Source: Marsupella aquatica (taxonomy: Eukaryota; Plantae; Marchantiophyta). Taken from it: DNA of 64,000 nt. A program made the translations under genes and the position numbers. The DNA lies in assembly GCA_973895155.1 (NCBI GenBank), contig OZ316896.1, positions 6,314,166-6,378,165 of the forward strand. Reading direction: 5' to 3'. Positions 37,901 to 50,237 of the stretch are shown here, piece by piece (the stretch's first letter is position 1; every line of letters begins with the position of its first letter). The notes under the pieces are model-generated. The model did not search any database and was not told the DNA's origin. It saw only the letters and a program-made list of their open reading frames with translations.

Positions 37901-40610
37901 CTTGTCCCGCCGGGATACATGCCAACTGATTCTGGTAATAAGTGATGAACTTTTGGATATCACCCCTGAAACTCATCTCCGTTACGCATTTTTGAGCATG
38001 TCGCTTCGGGTACTTAGTGGTGACATGAGCACGGAGACCCTCAACCAGGTTTTCCCAAGTTAACGGTAAGGACTCCTCTCACGACTTCTTCCATGACTTG
38101 TACCAAGTCAAGACATAGTCCTTCAAGTAAGGAGCGGCCGCAGTAGCCCAAGTGGAACGCTCAACGCACGCTTGGAGATGAATCTCCATTGTGGAGAGCC
38201 AACTTAGGAACTTTTGTCCACTTTGCTCGTAGGCTTCGTCGTAAGTTGGAGGAGTCGGTAGCTGGTTCACTTGGAACATATCCGTCCAACTACCATTCCC
38301 CCCTCGGGATGCGACGCACTCTGACTACCCAGACTAAGTAAGTACTTAATCTGGGCCCCCTTGTTGTGTACCAACTGCTCATAGATGAGTCGTTGGTCTT
38401 GAGTCAACGGACCCAGACCATCGTCCGCGGTTGGGCCCTTGCGGGTTGTATGAGGACGGTCCTCCAACCGTCTTTCCTTTGCGGGCCGCCTGTCCTTAGG
38501 TTCTCTTGTGGATTTTGGTGACACCCCCCGCGTCTTGCGAGCACCATGACCTCCCGGGACTGAGGTATCACCCGCGTCATCCTGGTTCTGCTTGGTCAAA
38601 TTATCCACGATGACGTCCGGCTTGGCATCATCCTCTGGTTCCGCATTCAACCCTCTCAAGGCTGGGATCAGTTCCTCTTCCAGGTCCTGACCCTCTTCCT
38701 CTATCTCGAATTATGTGTTGTCATCACTTGCAGTTGCGTCGGAGTCATCGTCATCCGACCCATCCTCCAAAGGATTAGCCGCCTCCTTCCCTTTAAGTTG
38801 ACGGCGCTCTGCACTTGATTTATTTGCCGCAGCGGTCGACGGTTCGACCATTACGTCTTCTTCATCCTGCTTGTAACGTTCGTCTAGGGAAGTCGACCCG
38901 TCCTCCTTCTGTTCATCTTGAACTTGGGCTCTCCCCTTGGTGGGGGGAGCCTGCTTACCCCTCTTTGCACAAGTGTTTTTAGCCATGTTCCCAGCGACCG
39001 AATCTGCCCGCAGTCGACCCGCCGGGCACGTTGAAACACTAAGTCCCCGCAAAAACCGTTAAGATTTTTGGATTCCGACTTAGCGCAACCCCGACCCGGT
39101 GTCTATGCCAGCAATCGCTCTGATACCACAAGTGGTGAACCTCGCCACCCAGCGCCCTCACCAATCCCAGCACTTGCACCTAAGTGCCCTTGATGCCCGA
39201 ACACCTCCACGGAATACCTCGAGCAAGCATCCAAGTGCCTCAAGCACCACCAGCGGCTACTCCCATACAAAGCCGCACTTGCTCACCTACACGACCGCTA
39301 CTCAACGGTCCTCACTGTCTACACAAACAACCAAGCACCTTGGTAAGTAACCCCTTCGGATCTAGAACTCGCCAAGTCTAGCATCCTAACTCAAGCTCAA
39401 CAGACGTTGGTAAATAGGTCAGCGATGGGTCCTCCCCATGCCATAAGCCAGAACCAGAACCCACGCCCACTGTCCGTCCAGGACAGCTCCTTCCTTGGGC
39501 GCGGCCCGAGTTCCCCCTCGTACCTATCCATCACCAACTGACCGCCCTGACCTCAGGACATGCTCATGGCCCAATTAGCGTAGCTTGTCCTAAAGCTTGT
39601 CCCAAGCTTGTCTCAACACGTCGGGACCAGAACAACCCCGACTCTAACTCCGACTCCCGGTTTGCCCCACTGATGGTCTAGGGACCGAGCACTCTTGGGA
39701 CTCAGCCTCCATACCTACTTGGCCTTGCCTCCCCAACACAAGCTCCCTTGGGAGACTGAACGCGGCTTGGCTGCTGTTTGGCAGGATTTGGTACACGGGT
39801 GAGCTAACACCCGCAAACCACAAGAACCCATGGCACCCCCAGACCCAGATGAGCTCAGGAGGGCGTAGCCCTCCTCAAGAGCTTTCCAACACACCTAAGA
39901 AGTCCTCCAACGGAGTTTCCGTTGGAAAGATATCGCCATTTCCGTTTGGCGGTTTCCCTTAGTGTTGCGACCGCCGCGGCTCACGACTTTGGCTCGCCCT
40001 TAGCCCCTAGGGAGACACCACTCCCCTCATATATGCTTCTGGAGACCTGCCATCCCCGGACCAGCTTTGGTCCCTAAACATTTGGCCCCCAACCCGGATC
40101 CCATCGCGCATAATGGGTGCGCCACCAACTGGCAATGCCCATAACGTTTTTGATAGGCATCCGCAAGCGGAGTGCCTTAGCCCGTTGTGACCGGGCCGAC
40201 CCAGTGCTCATGCCTAGGCCCTCAGGTCTGATCGCCGCTTGGGGCCTCCGGCTCGGGCCACAACTTGCGCCCCAAGCATTCGTTGCCAATGGCATCAACT
40301 CCATTGGCCTTGGGCCCAAGAGGAGCTCACTCCCAAGCCCTCGGAACTCAGTGCCCATCCGATGGTCCGGATGGCCACCCTTGAGCCCGGCCCATTTCCC
40401 CTTGACTCAACCAGCCATAGGCTAGTCAAAGTCCTTAGTGTGTGTCCCCAGCTTGGCCCCTTGCCTCGCTAGTGCCACGTCTCATTGCCCACAAGTCTCC
40501 CCATGCTAAGTCCTCCCCGGATGGCCTATCCGGGCCTGGGCCATAAGGGAGCTCGGCGTCGAAGTCAGCGACGCTGGAGCTAATTGTTAAGGTAGTCGAG
40601 TTCCGCGACT
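31964..40610 (-). mobile_element. Full-length Ty3/gypsy chromovirus copy 2 (8647 bp): 3' LTR 31964-33433, PPT 33438-33446, PBS 39117-39128, 5' LTR 39131-40610
   Basis: Two ~1.47-kb direct repeats, TSD GTCCA (31959-31963 and 40611-40615), iMet PBS, domain order gag-PR-RT-RH-IN-chromodomain. Confidence 0.97.
33873..39052 (-). pseudogene. Chromovirus gag-pol, broken by stops and frameshifts
   Basis: CFACGAMGHQSKDC (zinc knuckle), ALVDTSAT (protease), VFIDDILIYS (RT), WTDASDYAIG (RNase H), HDSPWGGH...CYSC, SMDF...SDRD (integrase), FEVEAILDH...YLVKWAGYDQAESTWEPEENL (chromodomain). Confidence 0.95.
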
Positions 40611-40979
40611 GTCCACAACATTGTTGGAATTGCCCCCGACCTCCTGGAAATATATGTGTCCAACCTTTTAAGGAGGATGTTCAACCAAATTTCAACGAGA
40701 TTTAGTCTTTTCCCCCTCTTGTTTACAAATGGTTATCCATAGTTCAGATTATCTCCTTTGGTACCCCTCAATCTTGCACTTGACCAGCAATGGTCATCAA
40801 TGGAGAATAATTTATATGTATTTCAAGTAATGTCTGGTGAGATAGTGATTATGAAGGAGAGCAAATAAAAAATTGGTACAATGCAATATGATGTTTGGAG
40901 AAGTCAATATAACCAAGTCTCATGGGAAGATTACTCAATAGATCTGCTTTAGCAACTCTGGAGTATTATTTATTGAAAC

Positions 40980-42100
40980 ATTGTCAAGTGCCTTTCCCAT
41001 TCTGAGTCTTCAATCGGCAATCGGGATCACTTATATCGATACATTCTGGGAATTATGAGTTCACATGAATGCAAAGGTCGACACGATTGGGAGCACAAAA
41101 CTCCCCAACCTCTTCATATTGAATATAGAAAAGTCCACTGATCTGGAATCCTAATCCAAGCAGGAAATCTAACTTTGAAGGGGTCAAAGAAGCCCCTCGT
41201 TGAACATTCAGCACCTTGGGTGGAGGGGGAAGCTGAGCAAGAGCTCTTTGACCTTGGCTCTTATGCCAGATGTTGCTTGGGCAGAGCAACTGACAATGTG
41301 GAGACAATAATTAATTGCAGCCCGTGAATGGCAACCCCAATGACACCACCGTGTGTGGACTTGCATCCAATTTCCTTAATGAGATTTGGACATTCACCTC
41401 CTCCAAAAGCACTTTGGTCCACTGATCCGTTGCACACACATCTAGCGCCTTTCCCACTCCGCCTCAGATGCCACATGCCGTAAGAACATTGGCCTCTCAG
41501 ATTAAAGGGATCCTTTGGGGAGCATCCCAAAGATCATCCCCATCACCTTGGGAAGGTTGTGTGCTTGCCCTAGCAATCTCATCTGATATTTGACTTGCGT
41601 CATCACCATTAGTGTCCAAAATATGGATCATTTCAAGAGAGTCAACTCAAAGAGGGGTGGTGCAAGGGGCAACATTATATTCTCAGAAGTTGACTTTTGG
41701 GGGCTCTAAGCATGGAAGCCATCCTTGTGCTCACTTCCAGGAACATTGATGTAGTGGCAAAATTCAGCATAGAGGTTTCTCCTTTACAAACCTGAAGGGG
41801 AAGAGGCTGTGCGTAAAACTTTGTCATGCATGACGGTGGGAGTCATTTTCATGGATCGTGCCTGGCGCGCTTCCTTTCCATTTACTTCATGTAGTTTGGA
41901 TATCACTATGTAACGGTGCTGTCCGATAGAATTCATATTTTGCAGACGACTCCAATAGAAGATTAGTTGCCTTCTTGTAAGCATCCATGGACCCCATTGC
42001 GTCTGCATTCCTATATGCAAGCTTAAAAATGGTAGGCCCCTGGCCTCTCTAACATCCTTTAGTATAAGTACTAAATGCAAAAATGTGACCTACTGCACAA
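40980..42100 (-). pseudogene. Old, diverged relic of a transposase related to exon 2 of the MULE transposase
   Basis: Collinear peptide matches: RGQGPTIFKL vs KGRGPSLFEL; AFGGGECPNLIKEIG vs AFKGTECPACGLYIKEVG; LPPPPKVLNVQRGASLTPSKLDFL vs LPPLPEKVLVARGTYLTQDKVDFL; DPDCRLKTQNGK vs KPDVRLSRRNGR. Confidence 0.65.
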
Positions 42101-42512
42101 TTCTGGTCAACCTCATAGGCTTCAAGCAATCCTATTCATTTCTTAATCTGACATGATCTCATGGATGCATTGATTCCTCTCCAGTACAGTTTGCTCCTTT
42201 GCTATTGGGTCTGGTCAGGGAAAAAACAATATTAGAGATGGAACTCTCAGGCTAGCAAGGTCACTAGCCAAAATTACTCATATTCTGAGAAAGTAAAAGA
42301 ATGTACTTACAACTTGGAGAAAGTTTCCCCATGATTGTCTACATCTCACGACCCGCCAAGAAATCCACCCCTGAAGTGCATGGAGTTTTCCAGGGTAGCT
42401 TTTTCCTCTCTTCTACCATCGATGTATCTGGTCAACAATTCTATATGCCCGGACATATGTTGGTGTGATCCTCAGTCTCTCCCACATTTCAAAGTGCTCT
42501 TGGTGACAACAT

Positions 42513-42643
42513 TGTGACACCAATGACATGGCCCTTATTCTATACTCTAATTAACTAGGATGTTGTATGCAATGGTAGCTATTGATACTACATAACAATT
42601 AACACGATGGCAAGAATAAGGGCATTCATGGTGTTGAGTAGGG
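42513..42643. repeat. Truncated copy of the left end of the solo LTR at 488
   Basis: TGTGACACCAATGACATGGCCCTTATTCTATA...GATGGCAAGAATAAG...GAGTAGGGA aligns with 488-622. Confidence 0.8.
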
Positions 42644-42779
42644 ATAGAGATTCTGAGATAGAAACTTTTGGTTGACAGAAGGGGGCAGGAGTTGAGAGGA
42701 GATGAGTGGCTAACCGTCACGTTGGGAAATGGAGGAGGGTTTGGCAGCTGGGCTGTTTCATCTGGCCGGTTTGTTGCTA

Positions 42780-44790
42780 GTGGTATCCCTTCTTAACAAG
42801 CATTTTTATGGATGATTTGGTCACCAAAGATATGAGCAGCTCCCAAGATGAGAGCCATGCTCCAATCTTATCTAGAACAAACCTGTATAGTTGATCTCTT
42901 CTCAAATTCACACCCATAGGGGCACCCAGGTATTTTTGCATCTCTCCTTTTTTGCTAACCACACAGCTTGTGTTTGTCAGCCAACGTGGAATAGAAAATA
43001 ACACTAATGGGATCACCTCCAATTTTTTCAAGTTAAGTTTAGCTCCCATTTCCATTTCATAGCAATTCAACACTGTTCTAGCAATGTGAAAGCTCCTCTC
43101 CATTGCAGGTATGAACATGCCTACATCATCTGCAAAAAATTTGTAACATATGGTTAACACCTCCAAGATCTTGATCATTAGTAGTCTCCCAGCCACTAAT
43201 TCCGCATCCATTAGGTCCATTAGTGGTTGAGTTGATAGCAATGGAGATAGTGGACATCCTTGTCTGGCCCTGCGGTTCAGGCCAATGGATTCTGATAGCA
43301 AACCATTCACTAGTACTCTTGAGTTGGCATCTGTTAGTAGCGCTTGAACCAGCTTAATAAAATGACTACTGATCCTCAACAAATGCATCGTCTCCCAAAT
43401 GTAATCATGGTTTACTCTATCAAACTCTTTCTCAAAATCTAGCTTGAGAAAAATTGATTCTTGTTTCTAGTTCTTCACCCAGTCACACGTTAACCAAGCT
43501 AGTGAATATTTTCCAGAATAGTTCGACCAAAGATAAACCCAGTTTGTTGTGGATTTATCATCTTTGGTAGTATTAACTTCAACCGAGTAGCTAAAATATT
43601 TGCCACCAGTTTGTAGATTGTCTTCAGCGTGGTAAGACGTTGCCAGTCCTTCAGGAACCGTTTATCTGGTTTCTTAGGGATAAATTTAATGATCCCATCC
43701 TTAACTCCCGTAGCCAATTCACCAGTCAGCCAGAACACTTGTATCATGGCAGTCAGGTCATCTTGAATGAATTCCCAACATGCTTTGGATACCTTCGCTG
43801 TCATCCCATTCAGACCAGGTGTCTTATCTGGTGGTAGCATCTATAGAGTCTCCTTGATCTCCTTGCAAAACCTGAAGCTTTTCCAACTTTGTTAAATCTG
43901 CAGTTGATAGACTGAGTGCGTCTGGTATGTGTCAGCAACGCCCTCCTAGCTTGTAATGTCTCCCCTAGCTCAGCTGCAGGAGGGGTATTTGGAGCATAAA
44001 GTTGCTTACAGTGCTTGATCGACAACCTCTTTTAAAATCATCCTTGGATCCATGATTTCTATCCCTTCGTCAATGATCAGAGATTTCATCAATTCTCTGC
44101 TTCTTTAGCTTTAACCGTTGCAAAATAAAATTTGGCTGGCTCATCACCTTCACCCAACCACTTAATTTGGGCCAGTCGTCTCCCAATGTGTGCTTCTTTC
44201 AATTCTGCAGCTTGCAGCTGGTCCTCCACATTTATATATTCACTGAGTGTTCCTCTAGTATAGTTACTTTGAGTGCCCATAGTTGGTTACATAGGAGTAG
44301 CATTTCTTCAGCTCGGTCTTTAGGGGAGCTCTATTTCATCTTGTACATCCTCCTCATACTAGAGTTTGCCTTATCAAATGCAAGCAAAGGTTCTGCATGA
44401 GTATTCTCCTTTGCCATGCTACCAAGCCGCTTTGAGCTCTTCCATATATATCCCCTATTTTGCACCACCACTGGATTGGCTTTAAACCACATCGCCCTAG
44501 CTTGTGAGGTACCATTGTCTGTCTCCCCTAGTTGAATGTATAAAATCACAGGATCATGGTCAGAAAGAGCCGAGCCATCGGCGTGAATCAATTCCATCAG
44601 TTCTCCTAACCACTCCCCCTTCTCACTAATGTAAAACCTGTGAAGTTTAAACTAAACAGTGACATGATTCTTGCATCTACGCCAAGTAAATCGTGCTCCA
44701 GAGGCAGCACCTTTGATTAAGAAAGCATCACCAGGTCAAGCCTGACCTTCAAGAATCTCCACAACTCTACTTCACCTCCTTTTATCAAAG
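42780..44790 (-). mobile_element. Degenerate, truncated L1/Tx1-type LINE ORF2 (endonuclease and RT)
   Basis: LSDHDPV (APE endonuclease), KWLGEGD..AKFYF, KTPGLNG, INPQQTGFI.GRTILENI, RQGCPLSPLL, FADD, KYLGAP. Confidence 0.88.
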
Positions 44791-46137
44791 GTGAAATACC
44801 CATTGAGAATTTTTGGCAATGAGTTAGAATCTGGGCCATTTCTTAGAAAGGAAATGGCTGATCAAATGAGGTTGGAGGAGGCAATGACGTTGGAGCGACT
44901 GAAGAAAGAGGAAGTAATTGATTGGCTTCACAGGATGGAAGCCAAAGCTGCTAAGACGAGGGTTGATTACCAAGTTCAGCAAGATGTGTTGGCTAAACAA
45001 CAAGAGTTGGAGGTTACAAACGACCAATTGGACAACCAGCGGATCAAGGAAAAATTGACCAAGGTACAGGTAGAGTTAGTCGATACAAGGAAAGAAGTAC
45101 AGGGCCTTAATTGGCAAGTTGAGAGACTCAGATCAAAGGCTAAGGAGCAGCTCACTCAGAGTGATAAAGCCTTGGCAGAATCCCAGCGGAAGTAGGACAA
45201 GCTACTCGACCGACTGGAGGCCATGCGTGAAAAACATGAGGAGGCAACTTGTATAGTTGCCAATGACCACCTCAACCGAGTACAACAAATATGGAAGGAG
45301 CTTCAGGAGGAGTTAGCTAAGACAAAGGAGGCATGGACGGCTGAGGTCACAAAGTTGGAGGCCATCAACAACTCAAAAAAAGCAGCTTTAGATAAAAAGG
45401 AGTTTGAGATTGTGTAGATCTTAAATGAGGAGCTGAAGACCACCAAGGAAGAGGTACTGCGGCTTAACGATGAAGTAGAAGACTTATCTCAGGAGTTGGA
45501 GGAGGCCAAGGATAAGATGATCGGGTTGCAGAGGCGTGTTGACAACCAAATTGAGAAGCTAAAGAAGTATGCCAAAGCAGGACAAGGGTCACCAACCAGA
45601 AGGCTTCCCGTCAATGGCATGGTAGTCGGAAATACTACGATGCCAAAGCCAAACTCGATGTTGTCAGAAGTGACTGGGGGGAAAGCAATGCAGTTGGTGG
45701 CGGATCTGGCAAAAACATTCATGGGGCCGACAGGTAATAGTGGAATGCCCCTTAAGGCCACGCCAGAAGAGGTCAAAAGCATGGCCGCTCACATTTGCGG
45801 TATTGTAGCCGTGAAGGCAACTATGATGGAGGTAAGTAATGCGGATCAACTTGGAGCTGCGGTGACAGGTTCTGACACTGGTACTGCTTCCATGGATTAC
45901 AAGAACATGAAGCCGTGTGTGATCAAGACCGAGCGCATTGGGGAGCAGGCTTGGATAGAAGAAGTGAAGGCCAATATTATCCAAGTGGTTGCCAATGAGG
46001 ATGATGTCGATGCCAATGTCGATGCCGCAAAATTGGAACCCGAAGCCGAAGCAAAGGAAGCCGAGGGGATCAAGCCAAAGCTGGATGTAGAGGAATGCGC
46101 AGAGTCGGAAAGTTTGGGATTGCCTCCGGTCATCTGA
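44791..46137 (+). pseudogene. Interrupted coiled-coil/acidic ORF of unknown, probably transposon-derived, origin
   Basis: ORFs 44791, 45223 and 45496 share one frame separated by single TAG codons; E/K/L-rich heptad-like composition; no introns. Confidence 0.45.
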
Positions 46138-48088
46138 CAATTAAGGCGGGCCAGTCATCAGTTGGAAGGAGGACTTGGCGGAAGGAGAAGGGCTTGGGCC
46201 AGAAGGGTGCAGCCGTTGTAGGATATTGATAGGACAAGTGGAGCTCTGTCGGCTTATATTGCTTAGATAGTATTAGGTGTCCAGGTCCCTCAGGTTTCCG
46301 GCTTAGTCAGGTTGAATTTGTTTTAGATTAATAAACAAGAATTTCACGATGGAAGGTCGTGATTGAGTGGTTAGGATTTCCGCGGTTCTTTGAGGTTACG
46401 TTGCAAGGATAAAAACCTGGGCAGTGTGGCTCGAGGGGCTTTTTCTTAGTCAAGGCTTTAGTGTAAATGTGTATTTTTGTGAGCACAAGAAGCTCTCGGC
46501 TAAATCTAGACCGCGGGGTATCAGTAAACCACAAGTTCCCATGGACTTCTATGCAATTGTTTGAATTGAGTTGGCCTTGTTGCCTAGTTTGCAGACTCTT
46601 GCCGACCAAGAAGTTGTGTGTTGTGATATTTGTTGCTTGATTGATTTAAGTCAGATATAGTGAAATTGTTGAGCAAAGTATGATTGCATTGTCTTGATTA
46701 GAAACTGCCAAATCAAACTTGAGAGAAAAGTGAGGTATTGAGAGTGTTAGTTGGTGAAAGTGTGGGTTGAGTCCGTCTGAAAAAGACCTTCAGTCGGCTT
46801 AAGAAATTAAGCTGTAGAGGTACATTCTGGGGGCGGAATACAAATATACCCGATGAAGTCAAGTAGAAATTAGGTGTCTCTACAGTGCACGATTCACAAG
46901 TCTGGTAAAAGAATCAGTCCAGCAAAGTGTGGATCAAAGGCTAGACCACGTTTCCAATCCAGATAGCTGCCAAACTCCTAGAAGCCGGACATAAATCAGT
47001 GGTTTATGATCGGTTGCTGGTAGTTCTTGGGGTTAGAGGTGTCGGGAAATGAACCACGCTCCCTTAAAAACCAGTGGCTAAAGAACTGGGTCCAATTCCA
47101 CCGCTTGCACTGCTGCACCTGCATAATCGTGCAGAGGGAGATCTCGGATCATGGCTTGATCATGTGCATGGTGGTCTGGATGAAGTTTAACCGCTCCATA
47201 TAGATTAGATTGGTACACAATCCTTGCTTGTACCTGTTGTCCGTCTTGCCCTATGGTTTGGAGTACCAAGGGACATACATACTCCTTATCCCAGATCTAG
47301 AGTTTGACTGACGTAGGTCCTGTCGGTAGACAAAAGATCTGGGCTAACCGGTACTCCATCAGGGACAAGGTTTGTCCCAACACCTTGCTGGTAGGTGTGT
47401 CAATGTCAAAGTTTGAGATGAACTCATGCATCTCCCTTGCCCCGAAGGCAGTAGGCCTCCAGGTTAACTGAGAAAATGTATCTAGTTGATGCTCTTTGAG
47501 ATAGTCTGCGTGGTACGGGTTCTTGATTGCCAACCAGGCCACCTTAGGAACACGGACTAATTCCAGAAAGTTTGGTTGCGAAGGGGGTGGGGGGTTGACC
47601 GGGGCCAGAACTGGTACGGGGGCAGGGGCAGTCCATGCAAGCAATTCAGGTCCCTGCATCGTCCTAGCCCGCTTCCTTGAACATTGCGTCAGGTGTGGAT
47701 ACCTTCTCCGACTGAGTCTGAAAAACACTTTGTATTGTTCACTGCGCGTACCTGGGCCTGACTGGGCGGAACTCGCTTGGCCGGGACGATAGGCAGGTTG
47801 GTAGTCGGTTCCGGTGGAGTAGCCATATCCCAATTGAATGCATTGGAGCTTTCCCCGAGGAAGGTGAGGTTCTGCGCTGCCTCCCGCTGACAGTTGATTT
47901 CTTCTCTTCGCTCGGACGCAAGCTGCTGCTCAATATAGCCCGGGATCTTGTCGAACTTTGCCTGCATCAGCTTTCGGCCGCCTTTGAGCTTGAAGTACTC
48001 CGCTGGCACCAGTCAAAGAGGGGTATTCGGAAAGCTCTTTATTGCCCAAAATTTATACATAATGAGGCTGGCAGTGTTCAGCAGTAGG

Positions 48089-48195
48089 TAGATGAGTTAG
48101 ATGAGTCTACTGACAAGGAGTCCAACAGTGACCCTAGTACTAGATGAGTTAGCTGAGTTGACTGACAAGGAGTCCAACAGTGACCCTAGTACTAG
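48089..48195. repeat. 52-bp tandem duplication
   Basis: TAGATGAGTTAG...ACTGACAAGGAGTCCAACAGTGACCCTAGTAC at 48089 and 48141. Confidence 0.9.
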
Positions 48196-50237
48196 CTCTA
48201 ATAATTTGGAGTAGGATTCTCAATGACCGGATCATGTTTGGGTGGGATTGCATTCCTGAACACCTTTGTCAGAACAAAATTTTATTAAAAGTGTCTTTTA
48301 CAAAAGTTTTGTGTAAATCTTCTATTTCATGATTCAGGAATTGTCCTAGTTCATTACAAAAATTTGAATATTCTGCTATGGATGAAATGGTCACGTACTG
48401 GTTTCCAATTTGTACAAGGAATGAAACATGAAATGTCACACTGTCCTCTTGGGATGACATCTACAACCTGGTAATTGGGAGCTACAAATATGCCTTGCTA
48501 GCCTGTTTGCCTCACTAGCAAAACTCCTGTTTGCTTGCAGTTTACAATACCTCCTATATTTCAGATTTCATCATGGCTGTAAGGGAGTGTTGTGCTATTG
48601 TACCAACTTCTGTAATACTTGAGGTGAGCTTGGGTAACACTATGATGGTGATAATATGACTGGCTGTTCACACACATTTCCACATTTGTGGGCAGTTATG
48701 CTGAATATTGAGCCCGGATGGACTGAAGCGTTTCATCTGCAGAGTAGTACAACCATCTTCTGAACACATATAGTAGCTGTGTAACTTAGTTCAGCAGTTG
48801 TGAATGACCCCCTCTGTCACAGGCCTTTGTACTGCCATATCATATGCCAGTTTTATTCCATGTGCCAATATAGTGTGGCCTTGGAACAGTCATCCCTTAG
48901 ACCAAGAATGAAGTAAGTGTTACACATCCGACTCCTTTTTTCCAAAACTTCCTAATTCTTAGTTTAGCTAAGTCTGTAGTGGAGTAGACCATGTGGAGAT
49001 TTATAGATGCTCTCCAAAGAGTGCTTGGAGCCAAATCAAAGGTTTGAACCAGAGGCACTAAGACAATGTTTATGTTATTTGTGTCAACAGCAAAATCAGC
49101 CATGCTGATCAAAGGATTCCAGTCCAGTTGTAATAGTCGACCCCTGGATTGAAAAAGGAAGGCAGGGCCTCCTCATAGCTTGCCTCAAGGGGTACAAATT
49201 GGTTTCTACCTACAGATCTCGTGCAACTTCCATTGATTGGGTTAACAAAGAGGATGTCAAGCATTGGAAATATCACCACAGCACCCTAGAATAAGCTAAC
49301 CCTGTCATACTTAGCTAGAGTGCATTTATTTTTAGAGTTTGCTTATCATTGATTTATTGTCTGAGCTCAGATGTGGCGCTCTTACCCCAAGCTCTAACTG
49401 GTCTTTCTTTATCGAGACTAGAGGACTGAGTGGGCTTTCTTCCTTCACTCCCGTTAGGTCTGTTGCGGGGTTATTCACATCCTCTGCTAGTATTGTTTTG
49501 CATTGCTATCCTTGACCTCCGTGCCCTTATCTAGAGGTTTTTCCGTTCGTTTTGCTCCACTGATATGGGATCATTTGCAAGTCACGGAATTTAATACCTG
49601 GACAGATCACGAAGAATTGTTTTTTTGCTACTTTCAGAAAGGTACGCACCCGCAGTCACAAAGGTTTGCAGGCATGTTTAACCGACAGACAATACAAAAA
49701 GAAATTGAGAGCGTAACTCAACCCACTGATACAGGCTAACTGGATAGACTCCGAGACGCTGAATGGAACGGTTCAGCTCTCACACGACAACTTCAAAAAC
49801 ACAACAGGCCGCAAGGTTTCCTCATGTCCTGAAATCGGGCATTGCAAATATGAAGGGGCTCGACTGAGCCAATTCTCTCAGAGATCAGGCTGAAGTGGCG
49901 CTTACGTGTTCGTCTCCAAATGAAAGGAATAGGGAATCTGCTAAGATTTGAAAGTTGTCCACAAAAAACTTATTTGCTTTCTGATTCGATGCATTTTGAC
50001 GACAGGAAGTACCAAGCAGTAAACAAAACTACCCGTGGTGCACAAATAAAGATAGAACAAGAAATCTTCAACATCATTCAACGTGGTTTCGAATAGCTCT
50101 TCAACATTTTAATCATCATTAGCCACGATGGATTGAAGACCCACACATACGTGCAACCAAAATTGCCCAAAGTTCTGCACTACTGAAGAGGCAATCTAGA
50201 CAAAGCGCTGAACTTTCACAACTCAGCGATATAATTT

